DNA of 64,000 nucleotides, taken from NCBI GenBank assembly GCA_963714975.1, contig CAVQQD010000002.1:672001-736000 (forward strand), given 5' to 3'. Under the pieces are notes generated by a model. It was given only the letters and a program-made list of their open reading frames with translations, ran no database searches and was not told the origin of the DNA. Each line of letters begins with the position of its first letter. Position 1 is the stretch's first letter. A program made the position numbers and the translations under genes. This document shows positions 1-8,399 of this stretch, in pieces. Source of the DNA: an uncultured Gammaproteobacteria bacterium. Lineage in GTDB: Bacteria; Pseudomonadota; Gammaproteobacteria; JAURND01.

Positions 1-547
1 GCAAGGCTTGGGCGCCGGTGAAGTTTAAAGCTTCATAGAAATCCCCTTCTGAAGTACCACCATCGCCACAAATACTGAGCACTGCCCGGGGTTGTTGGCG
101 CATTTTCACCGCATAAGCTACTCCTGCGGCATGTAAGTATTGGGTGGCAATGGGAACGCAATTAGGGAAATCTTCTGCCAGCGGAAAATCCGCATTGCCG
201 CGTTCATCACCGCCCCAGTACGCAAAAATGCGTGACATCGAGACGCCACGCATCATTAAAGCGCCTTGATCTCGATAGTAGGGGACGAATATATCTTGTG
301 ATTGCAGGGCTTTTCCTATGCCAATTGATATGGCCTCTTGTCCCAGTGAAGAAGCAAAAGTGCCCATTTTCCCGGTGCGTTGTAAGGCTACTGCTTTGGC
401 ATCACCTACCCGCGTTAACATCATCCAACGGTAAAGATCTAGTAATGTTTGCGAATCATTAGCAAACTCTGGCCAGGGTTGAGTGGGCTTACTGTCGGCA
501 TCCAGAAATTGTAAATATTTAACTGAGAACTCAGCGATGGTTTTCAT
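1..547 (-). CDS. pdhA: 2-oxoacid (pyruvate/branched-chain) dehydrogenase E1 alpha subunit, 3' end outside window
   Basis: Manual translation from ATG 547: MKTIAEFSVKYLQFLD...LQRTGKMGTFASSLGQEA...YYRDQG...GDGGTSEGDFYEALNF (TPP-binding GDG motif). Not in the ORF track because it runs off the window. Confidence 0.9.
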   Translation of the reverse strand, partial: MKTIAEFSVKYLQFLDADSKPTQPWPEFANDSQTLLDLYRWMMLTRVGDAKAVALQRTGKMGTFASSLGQEAISIGIGKALQSQDIFVPYYRDQGALMMRGVSMSRIFAYWGGDERGNADFPLAEDFPNCVPIATQYLHAAGVAYAVKMRQQPRAVLSICGDGGTSEGDFYEALNFTGAQAL

Positions 548-648
548 GTATGTAGTCCATTGTTTTAGTTTATACTGCGCGTCTTCTGGCATCTATGTCA
601 GGACGACGGCGTGTCAATAAACTATCATTCCTCTCAAGGAAAAGCTAT

Positions 649-1380
649 ATGTCATCAAAAGTTCAGTTGCCGAAAGTGATAGGTCATCGCGGCGCTTGCC
701 ATTTTGCTCCTGAAAATACTTTAGCTTCTTTAGCCAAGGCAAAAGAATTGGGAGTAGCCTGGGTTGAATTAGATGCGATGTTGACAGGCGACGAAGAAGT
801 GATTGTAATGCACGATCAGACAGTGAATCGTACGACTAATGGCCAAGGTGAAGTGTCGCAAATGAGCTATGCTGACCTAGCAAAATTGGATGCTGGCAGT
901 TGGTTTGGTTCAGAATTTTCTGGAGAACGAGTGCCCACCTTGAGTGATTTCCTGGGTCGTGCTGCTGAATTAGCAATCGGGGTTAATGTTGAAATTAAGT
1001 CTTATCAGGGTAGAGATCGGCAGACTGCATTTCGGGTGATTGAGATACTCAATCAGCATGATTTTACGAATGGTATTATTGTTTCGAGTTTTTCTTGGGA
1101 AAGTTTAGCCGTTGCGCGTGCGCTGAGTGAAGTTTATCCTTTGGCGATGATTCTAGATCACTGGACTGCAGATTGGCAGGAGTACATACGTCAATTGGCT
1201 TGTTTTTCCGTACACGTGGCTGCGGGAATGTTAACACCCAAAATAGTAGATCAAGTTAAATCACTTGATGTACGCTTAGCGGCTTATACGGTTAATTCAC
1301 CTGAACAGGCAGCAAAATTATTTGCCTGGGGCGTTGACGCAGTGTTTAGCGATTGTATCAATCAAGGAGATTATTTTTGA
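649..1380 (+). CDS. ugpQ: glycerophosphodiester phosphodiesterase
   Basis: VIGHRGA...APENTL, VELDA, HD..VNRTTNG, NVEIK motifs; start placed at MSSK after AAGGA. Confidence 0.9.
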   Translation: MSSKVQLPKVIGHRGACHFAPENTLASLAKAKELGVAWVELDAMLTGDEEVIVMHDQTVNRTTNGQGEVSQMSYADLAKLDAGSWFGSEFSGERVPTLSDFLGRAAELAIGVNVEIKSYQGRDRQTAFRVIEILNQHDFTNGIIVSSFSWESLAVARALSEVYPLAMILDHWTADWQEYIRQLACFSVHVAAGMLTPKIVDQVKSLDVRLAAYTVNSPEQAAKLFAWGVDAVFSDCINQGDYF

Positions 1381-3809
1381 TTACTTTACTTTGGATTATG
1401 GCATTTTTTGCGATTATTTTGCTATTAGCTTATCGTCGTGCTTCATTGTCAGTTTCGAGCATTGCCCTGTTGCTGTTTTTACTCATGGTTTCAGCATTTA
1501 GCAGCTTAGGATTAGCTGGGCAAATTATTTTGTGGCTGATTTTTCTTATTATTGCTATACCGCTTAATGTCATTCCGCTGCGCCGACGTTTATTGACCCA
1601 GCCTATTTTTTCGCTTTATCAAAAAGTAAAACCCATGGTGTCGTCCACCGAAAGAGAAGCATTATCGATTGGCACTGTGGGTTGGGAAGGGGAATTATTT
1701 AGTGGAATGCCAGATTGGAATAAATTTTCTGCTTATTCCGCACCACAACTAACAGCTGAGGAGCAAGCTTTTTTAGATACTGAGGTAGAAGAACTTTGCC
1801 GCATGATTGATAACTGGGATATTAATCATCGGCGGTTTAATTTACCTGCGGAAATGTGGGAGTTACTAAAACAAAAAGGTTTTTTTGGCTTAATTATCCC
1901 GAAAAAATATGGTGGAAAAGAATTTTCTGCCTTAGCGCATTCAGCGGTAATCGTCAAAGTAGCAGGATGTAGCACGGCTGTGGCTACAGTTATTGGTGTG
2001 CCTAATTCCTTAGGCCCAGCTGAGCTATTGTTAGAGTATGGAACCGAAGACCAAAAAAACCATTATTTGCCAGGTTTAGCTAAAGGTGAGGAAATTCCTT
2101 GTTTTGCTCTGACTAGTCCTGATGCAGGATCGGATGCCAGTGCGATGCCTGATCGGGGAATCGTTTGTAACGGCAGTTGGGAAGGACAAGAAATTTTAGG
2201 AATCCGCTTACACTGGGATAAGCGTTATATTACCTTGGCGCCAGTAGCGAGTTTATTAGGTTTGGCCTTTAAATTGTTTGATCCAGATCATCTGTTAGGT
2301 AGCAATAAAGATATCGGCATCACCTGCGCCTTAATTCCCACTCATCTCCCAGGAATTACCATTGGTCGGCGGCACTTTCCCTCGCAATGTGCATTCCCCA
2401 ATGGCCCTACCCAAGGTAAAGAGGTATTTATTCCTCTGGAGTTTATTATTGGCGGAAGAGAAATGGCAGGTAAGGGCTGGCAGATGTTAATGGAGCGGTT
2501 AGGCGTGGGCCGTTCGATTACCTTGCCCTCTTTAGTGACCGGGGGGGCCAAAATTTCTGCTTTTACAACCGGAGCTTATTCACGTATTCGTACCCAATTT
2601 CATTTAGCTTTGGGTAAATTTGAAGGAGTGGAAGAAGCTTTGGCGCGAATTGCGGGTCATACCTACATTATGGATGCTACCCGGTTATTTTGCGTTTTAG
2701 CTGTGGATCGTGGCGAACGCCCTTCAGTACCTTCGGCAATTAGCAAATATCATACGACTGAAATGGGCCGTCGCGTGATTAATGATGCTATGGATATCCA
2801 TGCTGGGAAAGGAATTTGTATGGGACCGCGCAATTATCTGGCCCAAACTTATCAAGAAACTCCAATCGGGATTACAGTTGAGGGCGCTAATATTTTGACG
2901 CGTTGTATGATGATTTTTGGCCAAGGAGTGATGCGTTGCCATCCTTATTTATTTAAGGAATTTATGGCAGCTCAGAATCCAGACCAGCAGGCAGGTTTAA
3001 TTGAGTTTGATCGAGCTTTGTGGGGACATATTGGATTTTTAATTAGTAATAAGGTGCGTGCATTTTTATTAGGTTTGACTGGAGGGCGCCTTGCGATCAC
3101 ACCCGGTACAGCGGTTAGCAAGTATTATTATCAGCAGTTAACCCGGTTTAGTGCTGCTTTTGCCTTTATTGCAGACATGACGGTGCTCAATTTAGGGGCA
3201 GAATTTAAACGGCGTGAGCATTTGTCAGGTCGCTTAGGGGATGTGCTGAGTATGCTTTATATGGGCTCCGCCGTGCTGAAGCAATTTGAAAATCAAGGGA
3301 ATCCCTCCGAAGATTCGCCCTTATTGCATTGGGCTTTTCAAACCCTATTGTATCGGTTACAGGATGCTTTGGAAGGCATTCTGGGCAATTTTCCCAGGCG
3401 GTGGCTAGGGATTACTATGCGGTGGGTGCTATTTCCGCTAGGTCGCCCTTGTAAGCCGCCCAATGATGCTTTATGCAATCAAGCGGCCAGCTTACTGGTT
3501 AGCGCGACGGCGACGCGTTACCGATTAACCCAGGGGATATACGCCACTCCAGACGCAAATAATGTAGTGGGTTTTATTGAGCAAACTCTGCTTAAGACGA
3601 TTGCAGCCGAAGCTTTATGGACAAAAATTCATCTTGCCGAAAAAGAAGGCCAGATTCAGGGGGCAAATAAGCTCGAAAAACTTGAGGCTGCCTCATCTTT
3701 AGGCATCATTAGCCCTGAAGAGATTCAACTACTGGAAGAAGTTGATCGTATGCGTAAAGAAATCGTTGCTGTAGATGACTTTCCCCCCGACTTTCCTGCC
3801 TCATTTTGA
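1353..3809 (+). CDS. fadE: acyl-CoA dehydrogenase FadE (membrane-anchored; true start may be TTG 1377)
   Basis: N-terminal TM segments, PNSLGPAELL, PCFALTSPDAGSDA, ITVEGANILTR; ~800 aa FadE length. Confidence 0.93.
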   Translation: MYQSRRLFLITLLWIMAFFAIILLLAYRRASLSVSSIALLLFLLMVSAFSSLGLAGQIILWLIFLIIAIPLNVIPLRRRLLTQPIFSLYQKVKPMVSSTEREALSIGTVGWEGELFSGMPDWNKFSAYSAPQLTAEEQAFLDTEVEELCRMIDNWDINHRRFNLPAEMWELLKQKGFFGLIIPKKYGGKEFSALAHSAVIVKVAGCSTAVATVIGVPNSLGPAELLLEYGTEDQKNHYLPGLAKGEEIPCFALTSPDAGSDASAMPDRGIVCNGSWEGQEILGIRLHWDKRYITLAPVASLLGLAFKLFDPDHLLGSNKDIGITCALIPTHLPGITIGRRHFPSQCAFPNGPTQGKEVFIPLEFIIGGREMAGKGWQMLMERLGVGRSITLPSLVTGGAKISAFTTGAYSRIRTQFHLALGKFEGVEEALARIAGHTYIMDATRLFCVLAVDRGERPSVPSAISKYHTTEMGRRVINDAMDIHAGKGICMGPRNYLAQTYQETPIGITVEGANILTRCMMIFGQGVMRCHPYLFKEFMAAQNPDQQAGLIEFDRALWGHIGFLISNKVRAFLLGLTGGRLAITPGTAVSKYYYQQLTRFSAAFAFIADMTVLNLGAEFKRREHLSGRLGDVLSMLYMGSAVLKQFENQGNPSEDSPLLHWAFQTLLYRLQDALEGILGNFPRRWLGITMRWVLFPLGRPCKPPNDALCNQAASLLVSATATRYRLTQGIYATPDANNVVGFIEQTLLKTIAAEALWTKIHLAEKEGQIQGANKLEKLEAASSLGIISPEEIQLLEEVDRMRKEIVAVDDFPPDFPASF

Positions 3810-3872
3810 AGTGAAAACGTCATCCCGTGACTTGAGTGAAAACGTCATCCCGTGACTTGATCGCGGGATCCA
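3810..3872. repeat. 25-bp tandem duplication running into a CGTC-type palindrome (GTCATCCCGTGACTTGATCGCGGGATCCA)
   Basis: AGTGAAAACGTCATCCCGTGACTTG at 3810-3834 and 3835-3859; related palindrome in the opposite orientation at 55245-55275. Confidence 0.8.
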
Positions 3873-3951
3873 TATGATTACATTTTTTCTTAAATTTTCA
3901 TTTAGTATTACAGTTGGTTCAAGGACTATTTACCATAAAAGGAAACTTTAT

Positions 3952-4107
3952 ATGTTAGGTACCATTTTGCTAATACTGCTTATATTGTTGTTAGTAGGCG
4001 CGTTGCCTGCTTGGCCTTATAGCCGAGGGTGGGGTTATTATCCAAGCGGGGGAATTGGCTTAATTGTAATCATTTTAATTATTTTATTACTTTTAGGCAG
4101 AATATGA
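3952..4107 (+). CDS. DUF3309 family small membrane protein
   Basis: MLGTILLILLILLLVGALPAWPYSRGWGYYPSGGIGL is the typical DUF3309 pattern; AAGGA SD upstream. Confidence 0.88.
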   Translation: MLGTILLILLILLLVGALPAWPYSRGWGYYPSGGIGLIVIILIILLLLGRI

Positions 4108-4119
4108 TCAGGAGGATTT

Positions 4120-4575
4120 ATGAAAAAAGTGCTGTTCTTAAGTTTTGCTTTAATTGCTCCATTATTTTTGTCTTATGGAGTTTATGGTGCTTCAAGGGAT
4201 ATGAATGATAACATGCCAATGAACGTCCAGATGACAAAGATGATAAGAGGCTTGGAAAATAATGGGTATATAGTCATCCGTGATATTAAATTTGATAACG
4301 GAGTCTATAAAGTAGATGCTATTAATGCACAAGGAAAAGATGTTGAAGCTAAAGTAAATCCAACTACGGGCATGGTGACTCAATCTGCAGATGGTAAAGT
4401 GAGGATAACTACTTTTGATGCAGCACAAAAAGTTGAAAATGCGGGATATAAAAGCATTTATTCCATTGAAGCATCAGGAGATAATTATAAAGTAAAAGCA
4501 ATACAAAGTAATGGTGATAAAATCTCCTTAACTGTGGATGGAGCTAACGGAAATATCAGGAAAGATCTATTTTAA
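4120..4575 (+). CDS. exported protein with two PepSY domains
   Basis: Signal peptide, then two repeats of LE..GY..I..I.....Y.V.A....G......V.P/D..G; AGGAGG SD. Confidence 0.8.
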   Translation: MKKVLFLSFALIAPLFLSYGVYGASRDMNDNMPMNVQMTKMIRGLENNGYIVIRDIKFDNGVYKVDAINAQGKDVEAKVNPTTGMVTQSADGKVRITTFDAAQKVENAGYKSIYSIEASGDNYKVKAIQSNGDKISLTVDGANGNIRKDLF

Positions 4576-4603
4576 AGGAATATTAAACAAAGGAGGATAT
4601 ACT

Positions 4604-4810
4604 ATGAATAAAGATGTCATTCAAGGTAATTGGCACCAAATTAAAGGTCAATTAACGCACCAATGGGGAAAGTTAACGGATGATGATGTGACGAAAATGC
4701 AGGGATCGTATGAAGAGCTTTGTGGTGTGTTACAAAAGAAATATGGTTATTCCAAGGACAATGCGGAAAAAGAGTTGAATGAATTTATCAAGAAAAATAA
4801 TTGTCACTAG
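4604..4810 (+). CDS. CsbD/YjbJ family stress protein
   Basis: MNKDVIQGNWHQIKGQL..QWGKLTDDD...G.LQKKYGY; AGGAGG SD before ATG 4604. Confidence 0.92.
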   Translation: MNKDVIQGNWHQIKGQLTHQWGKLTDDDVTKMQGSYEELCGVLQKKYGYSKDNAEKELNEFIKKNNCH

Positions 4811-4862
4811 AATAGTGATTATTGTTTGGACATTTTTTTAACTAACCAAAAGGAGAAATACC

Positions 4863-5012
4863 ATGAGTCCACTTTATCCTAAAGAACATAATCCTAGTGT
4901 CGAGAGACCTGAGCCAAATCAACCTAAACATCCTACTGAACCTCGCCGTCCTGAGCACCAAAAACCTGGTGAACCAAGAATGCCGCAGGGTGATCGTAAA
5001 AAGATGAAATAG
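4863..5012 (+). CDS. 49-aa proline-rich small protein (not in ORF track)
   Basis: AAGGAG SD then MSPLYPKEHNPSVERPEPNQPKHPTEPRRPEHQKPGEPRMPQGDRKKMK*; co-oriented with the small stress genes upstream. Confidence 0.6.
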   Translation: MSPLYPKEHNPSVERPEPNQPKHPTEPRRPEHQKPGEPRMPQGDRKKMK

Positions 5013-5040
5013 TAGTGGTTCGATGTCTGTAGATGTTCTT

Positions 5041-5190
5041 GTTGTCTCTGCAGGGATGACTGCCGTCCTCCCTGCATTTTTTCGTCCCATCTTTCCGTCC
5101 TCCCTGCATGGATGCAGGGATTCTAGCACGCAGGAAGCGAAACTTTCACATCCTTGCGATCTGGATTTTGGTATCCATTCCAGAACGACA
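5041..5190. repeat. CGTC-type palindromic (MITE/REPIN-like) element
   Basis: 5096-5189 aligns with the reverse complement of ~24256-24347 (shared GCAGGA.GCGAA.CTTTCACATCCT core and CGTC..CC.GCATG.ATGC arm). Confidence 0.75.
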
Positions 5191-5671
5191 CTAACCAAGG
5201 CACAATAAGAATTGACAAATACATTCCAGCAACCACATCGCTTAGATAATGCGCAGTAACCACAATCCGAGAAAGACTAATTACCAAAAATAAAAGCACA
5301 AAGGCAATCCAATAACGGGTAAACAAAAAACACAGCCCTAACATGAAACTGGTTATAAGCATACTGTGTCCAGAGGGAAAAGAAAGATAAGCCACTTGGC
5401 TTTTTAGCAATGTAAAACCATAGATATCATGATGAAAAAGAAGTGTGGGTCGGGCACGGCCTAATATTCTTTTTATGATGTTACAAACTACAGCATTGGT
5501 TGTAATAGATAATAATAAAAAACCGCTCATCCAACTCCAACGTTTATTTTTCAATAAAAATTTAGTCACAATAAAGAGGATTGATAGAGACAGAAAGTAA
5601 GCTGTACCATGGCCCATAGCAGTAAGTATTTTATTCATCGAGACGAAATTTCTGTTCGCCGCATATTTCAT
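5123..5671 (-). CDS. PAP2 family membrane phosphatase (true N-terminus probably lies further upstream)
   Basis: C1 KRILGRARP, C2 SFPSGHS, C3 SRIVVTAHYLSDV motifs. Confidence 0.88.
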   Translation of the reverse strand: MKYAANRNFVSMNKILTAMGHGTAYFLSLSILFIVTKFLLKNKRWSWMSGFLLLSITTNAVVCNIIKRILGRARPTLLFHHDIYGFTLLKSQVAYLSFPSGHSMLITSFMLGLCFLFTRYWIAFVLLFLVISLSRIVVTAHYLSDVVAGMYLSILIVPWLVSFWNGYQNPDRKDVKVSLPAC

Positions 5672-5833
5672 ATAAAGTGCAATGGGTTGGTCCCAGTAAA
5701 GAAAACTTAGGATACAGAAAGCTATGATAAAGCAAAAAAAATAAAAAGAATGGGTGATAGCAATAAACTTGTTGAACGAAGTGGATGAGCTATATCCTTT
5801 GTGTTTTAATAAAGTTTTAATGGCTCTATCCTT

Positions 5834-6109
5834 TTAAACTCGACTATCGGAAAGCTCAGGTAAGATCACATTAAGTTCTAATACGGAACGATTTTCATCG
5901 CGTTGCAATTCAACACTCACTTGATTTTTTTCAATATGAAGATATTCAGAAATGACCTCAATTAATTTTAGTTGTAATTCCTGAAGGTTCACCACCCCAT
6001 TTTTACGCTGGATACGTTCATGTGCGACAATAATTTGCAGCCGTTCTTTCGCTATTTCAGCGGTGTTGGGGCGGTTAAGTTTTAATTTAAAATAATCGAT
6101 TAACTTCAT
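5834..6109 (-). CDS. minE: cell division topological specificity factor MinE
   Basis: TAEIAKERLQIIVAHER...VLELNVILP; directly downstream of minD. Confidence 0.95.
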   Translation of the reverse strand: MKLIDYFKLKLNRPNTAEIAKERLQIIVAHERIQRKNGVVNLQELQLKLIEVISEYLHIEKNQVSVELQRDENRSVLELNVILPELSDSRV

Positions 6110-6942
6110 GCTAAACTGGTCTCCGTGTTAGATTTGCTTCCAAAGAGTCGTTTAAAAAATCCTTTCTTTTCGATATTTAAAAACCGATGAGGAACGGAAT
6201 CGCCCAAAAAGCGACTGACTGCATCCGAATAAGCTTGGCCAGCATCACTCATTTTATCCATAATGACTGGAATTCCAGAATTGGAGGCACGGAGTACAGC
6301 TTGAGATTCAGGGATAACCCCAAGTAAAGGAATCGATAAAATATCTTGCACGGTTTCAAGGCTAATCATATCGCCTGATTCAACGCGACGCGGGGAGTAG
6401 CGTGTAATCAATAAATGTTCTTTAGGAGCGGGCAGACCTTCTTCAACGCGTTTGGTTTTGCTGGCTAAGAGACCTAAAATTCGGTCGGAATCCCGCACCG
6501 AAGAAACTTCAGGGTTGGTGACAATAACCGCATTATCAGCAAAATACATGGCTAAATGCGCCCCACGTTCAATACCTGCCGGGGAATCGCAGACGATATA
6601 ATCAAAATCTTGTTGCAATGCATCGAGAACTTGTTGTACCCCTTCTAGAGTGAGGGCATCTTTGTCGCGGGTTTGTGAGGCAGGTAGGATATGCAAATTT
6701 TCTGTGTGCTTATCTTTAATCAATGCTTGGGAAAGCTTGGCTTCGCCATTGATTACATTGACAAAATCATAAACGACACGGCGCTCACAACCCATGATTA
6801 GGTCTAAATTACGTAAGCCGACATCAAAATCAATGATGACAGTTTTGAACCCGCGTAACGCGAGCCCGGTTCCAAAAGCAGCACTGGTGGTTGTCTTTCC
6901 TACCCCACCTTTACCTGAAGTCACAACAATAATATTGGCCAA
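6106..6942 (-). CDS. minD: septum site-determining ATPase MinD
   Basis: VTSGKGGVGKTT, DFDVGLRNLD, DSPAGIE, C-terminal amphipathic KKGFFKRLFG; TTG start at 6942 after AAGGG. Confidence 0.96.
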   Translation of the reverse strand: MANIIVVTSGKGGVGKTTTSAAFGTGLALRGFKTVIIDFDVGLRNLDLIMGCERRVVYDFVNVINGEAKLSQALIKDKHTENLHILPASQTRDKDALTLEGVQQVLDALQQDFDYIVCDSPAGIERGAHLAMYFADNAVIVTNPEVSSVRDSDRILGLLASKTKRVEEGLPAPKEHLLITRYSPRRVESGDMISLETVQDILSIPLLGVIPESQAVLRASNSGIPVIMDKMSDAGQAYSDAVSRFLGDSVPHRFLNIEKKGFFKRLFGSKSNTETSLA

Positions 6943-7010
6943 TGTTTTATCCCTTGAGTTTATTAATAAAGTCGCCATTAACTAGGCATTGGCGGCATTG
7001 TACTGCACAA

Positions 7011-7104
7011 ATCCCTTCTCCCACAATGCTTTTTTGTGGGAAAAATCCCCTCTCCCCGCCAGAGAGTAAGCGAGGAAGGTGGGAAAGGATTAGGGAGAGA
7101 GGGT
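7011..7104. repeat. boxC-like pyrimidine/purine palindromic repeats (two adjacent units)
   Basis: CCCTTCTCCCACA...TGTGGGA followed by CCCCTCTCCCC...GAAGGTGGGAAAGGATTAGGGAGAGAGGG; same family as 10061, 28003 and 38796. Confidence 0.8.
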
Positions 7105-7163
7105 ATTATTTGATTTAAATCGGTGATATTCTTACAAATTTTTATAGGGAGCTTATTTAAGGA

Positions 7164-7451
7164 ATGGTGGTTATGTCTGATAATTGTGTTGGGACTATTT
7201 TTAAATATGCGGGAATATCCGGGTCTGTGGCAGGAGTGTTTTTTTGTATGATTAATTACTTAAAAGACAAGGATAATCAAATTAGCCCCCAAGTTTACCT
7301 TAATCTCGCACTGGTGATTATTGGTGCTGCTGTAGCAGGTGGCTTGATTGGGTGGTTAAAGAATTGTTATCAGCAAAAAGATGAAGATTGGACCGATATT
7401 GTGGAGGTGGGGGAACAGATAATAGAAGAGCCTAGTAATCTTAACCCTTAG
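7164..7451 (+). CDS. hypothetical small membrane protein (two TM segments, acidic tail)
   Basis: 95-aa ORF with AAGGA SD and two hydrophobic segments; antisense to minC/minD and between them. Confidence 0.55.
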   Translation: MVVMSDNCVGTIFKYAGISGSVAGVFFCMINYLKDKDNQISPQVYLNLALVIIGAAVAGGLIGWLKNCYQQKDEDWTDIVEVGEQIIEEPSNLNP

Positions 7452-8118
7452 TTCCCTCAATACAGATCTTCTCGCCCTCTAAATAAACCTGGACCATAGG
7501 TGCAGTAATTTTTGGGATATCCTCCTGCAATTTGTAGAACCCTGCTATTGAGACCAATTCCGCCTCAAGTTGTTGGGCAAAAATGCGCGCTGTTTTATCA
7601 CCTTTTACTCCTGCTAAGGCCCGGCCACGTAAACTGCCATAAACATGAATAAAACCATCGGCAAGAATCTCAGCGCCATGGCTCACAGAAGATAAGATGA
7701 CCAAGCTACTATTGCGGGCATAAATTTGTTGCCCTGATCTTATAGGCTTATCCACCAGTAAAGTAGATAGGGGCGCAGCAACCTTGGCCTTAGCTGGGGT
7801 GGCGCTACTAGTTTGGTGAGAAAGTAAAGCCAAACCCGCGGTTTCTGCAGCCTTGTTTTGGATGGTGTTGCCATGGCGGACTCCAACTGGAATTAAACCA
7901 TGTTCGCGCAAATAATGTTGAATGGCAGTGAAGTCAACATTGGTTTCTACTTGATTAATTCTTTGCAGATCAATAACTAACGGCATGTTTTTAAATAAAT
8001 TTGGAGTTTTTTGGGCATGTCTTCTTAGATCAGCGACAAAGAGATTAAGATCGGGATTTAACAAGTGAAGCACCGTAAGGGTAATCATACTGCCTTTGAG
8101 TTCAAAAGCACTTTTCAT
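7441..8118 (-). CDS. minC: septum site-determining protein MinC
   Basis: MKSAFELKGS, PIRSGQQIYA, VSHGAEILADG.IHVYGSLRGRALAG, AELVSIAG. Start moved to ATG 8118; the ORF-track extension runs through a structured element. Confidence 0.95.
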   Translation of the reverse strand: MKSAFELKGSMITLTVLHLLNPDLNLFVADLRRHAQKTPNLFKNMPLVIDLQRINQVETNVDFTAIQHYLREHGLIPVGVRHGNTIQNKAAETAGLALLSHQTSSATPAKAKVAAPLSTLLVDKPIRSGQQIYARNSSLVILSSVSHGAEILADGFIHVYGSLRGRALAGVKGDKTARIFAQQLEAELVSIAGFYKLQEDIPKITAPMVQVYLEGEKICIEGTKG

Positions 8119-8164
8119 TTTTGCACATACCTTATGCAGGATAATCGGAATGCAAATTTTGCAC

Positions 8165-8372
8165 CAGTTTAGCGGTGAACACAAGCTGCAGACGCAACGC
8201 CTTCGGAGTCCTGCCGCTCGGTCACCCGCCGTGTGGGAAAAGGGATAAGAAGTAGCTGCCGTACCTTCCGAGGGGAGAAGGTTGGTACGGCACAAGCCGA
8301 AGGGTTGCTCGCGCGTCAGGACCCGTAGGCAAGCTGGGAGTGGCAACGTTGTAGACTGAGGCACCGGCTTTT
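8165..8372. other. GC-rich multi-hairpin intergenic element
   Basis: Stems TGCCGTACC/GGTACGGCA and GCAACGCCTTCGG/CCGAAGGGTTGC; shares a GCG(G/T)CAGGACCCG-like motif with 39131-39162 and 55422-55450. Confidence 0.55.
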
Positions 8373-8399
8373 GTTTATCATTAGCAAAAAGGAGAATTT

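Noticed and set aside
8119-8364. Long N-terminal extension of MinC
   Set aside because: It reads through the structured intergenic element; MinC similarity begins at MKSAFELKG.
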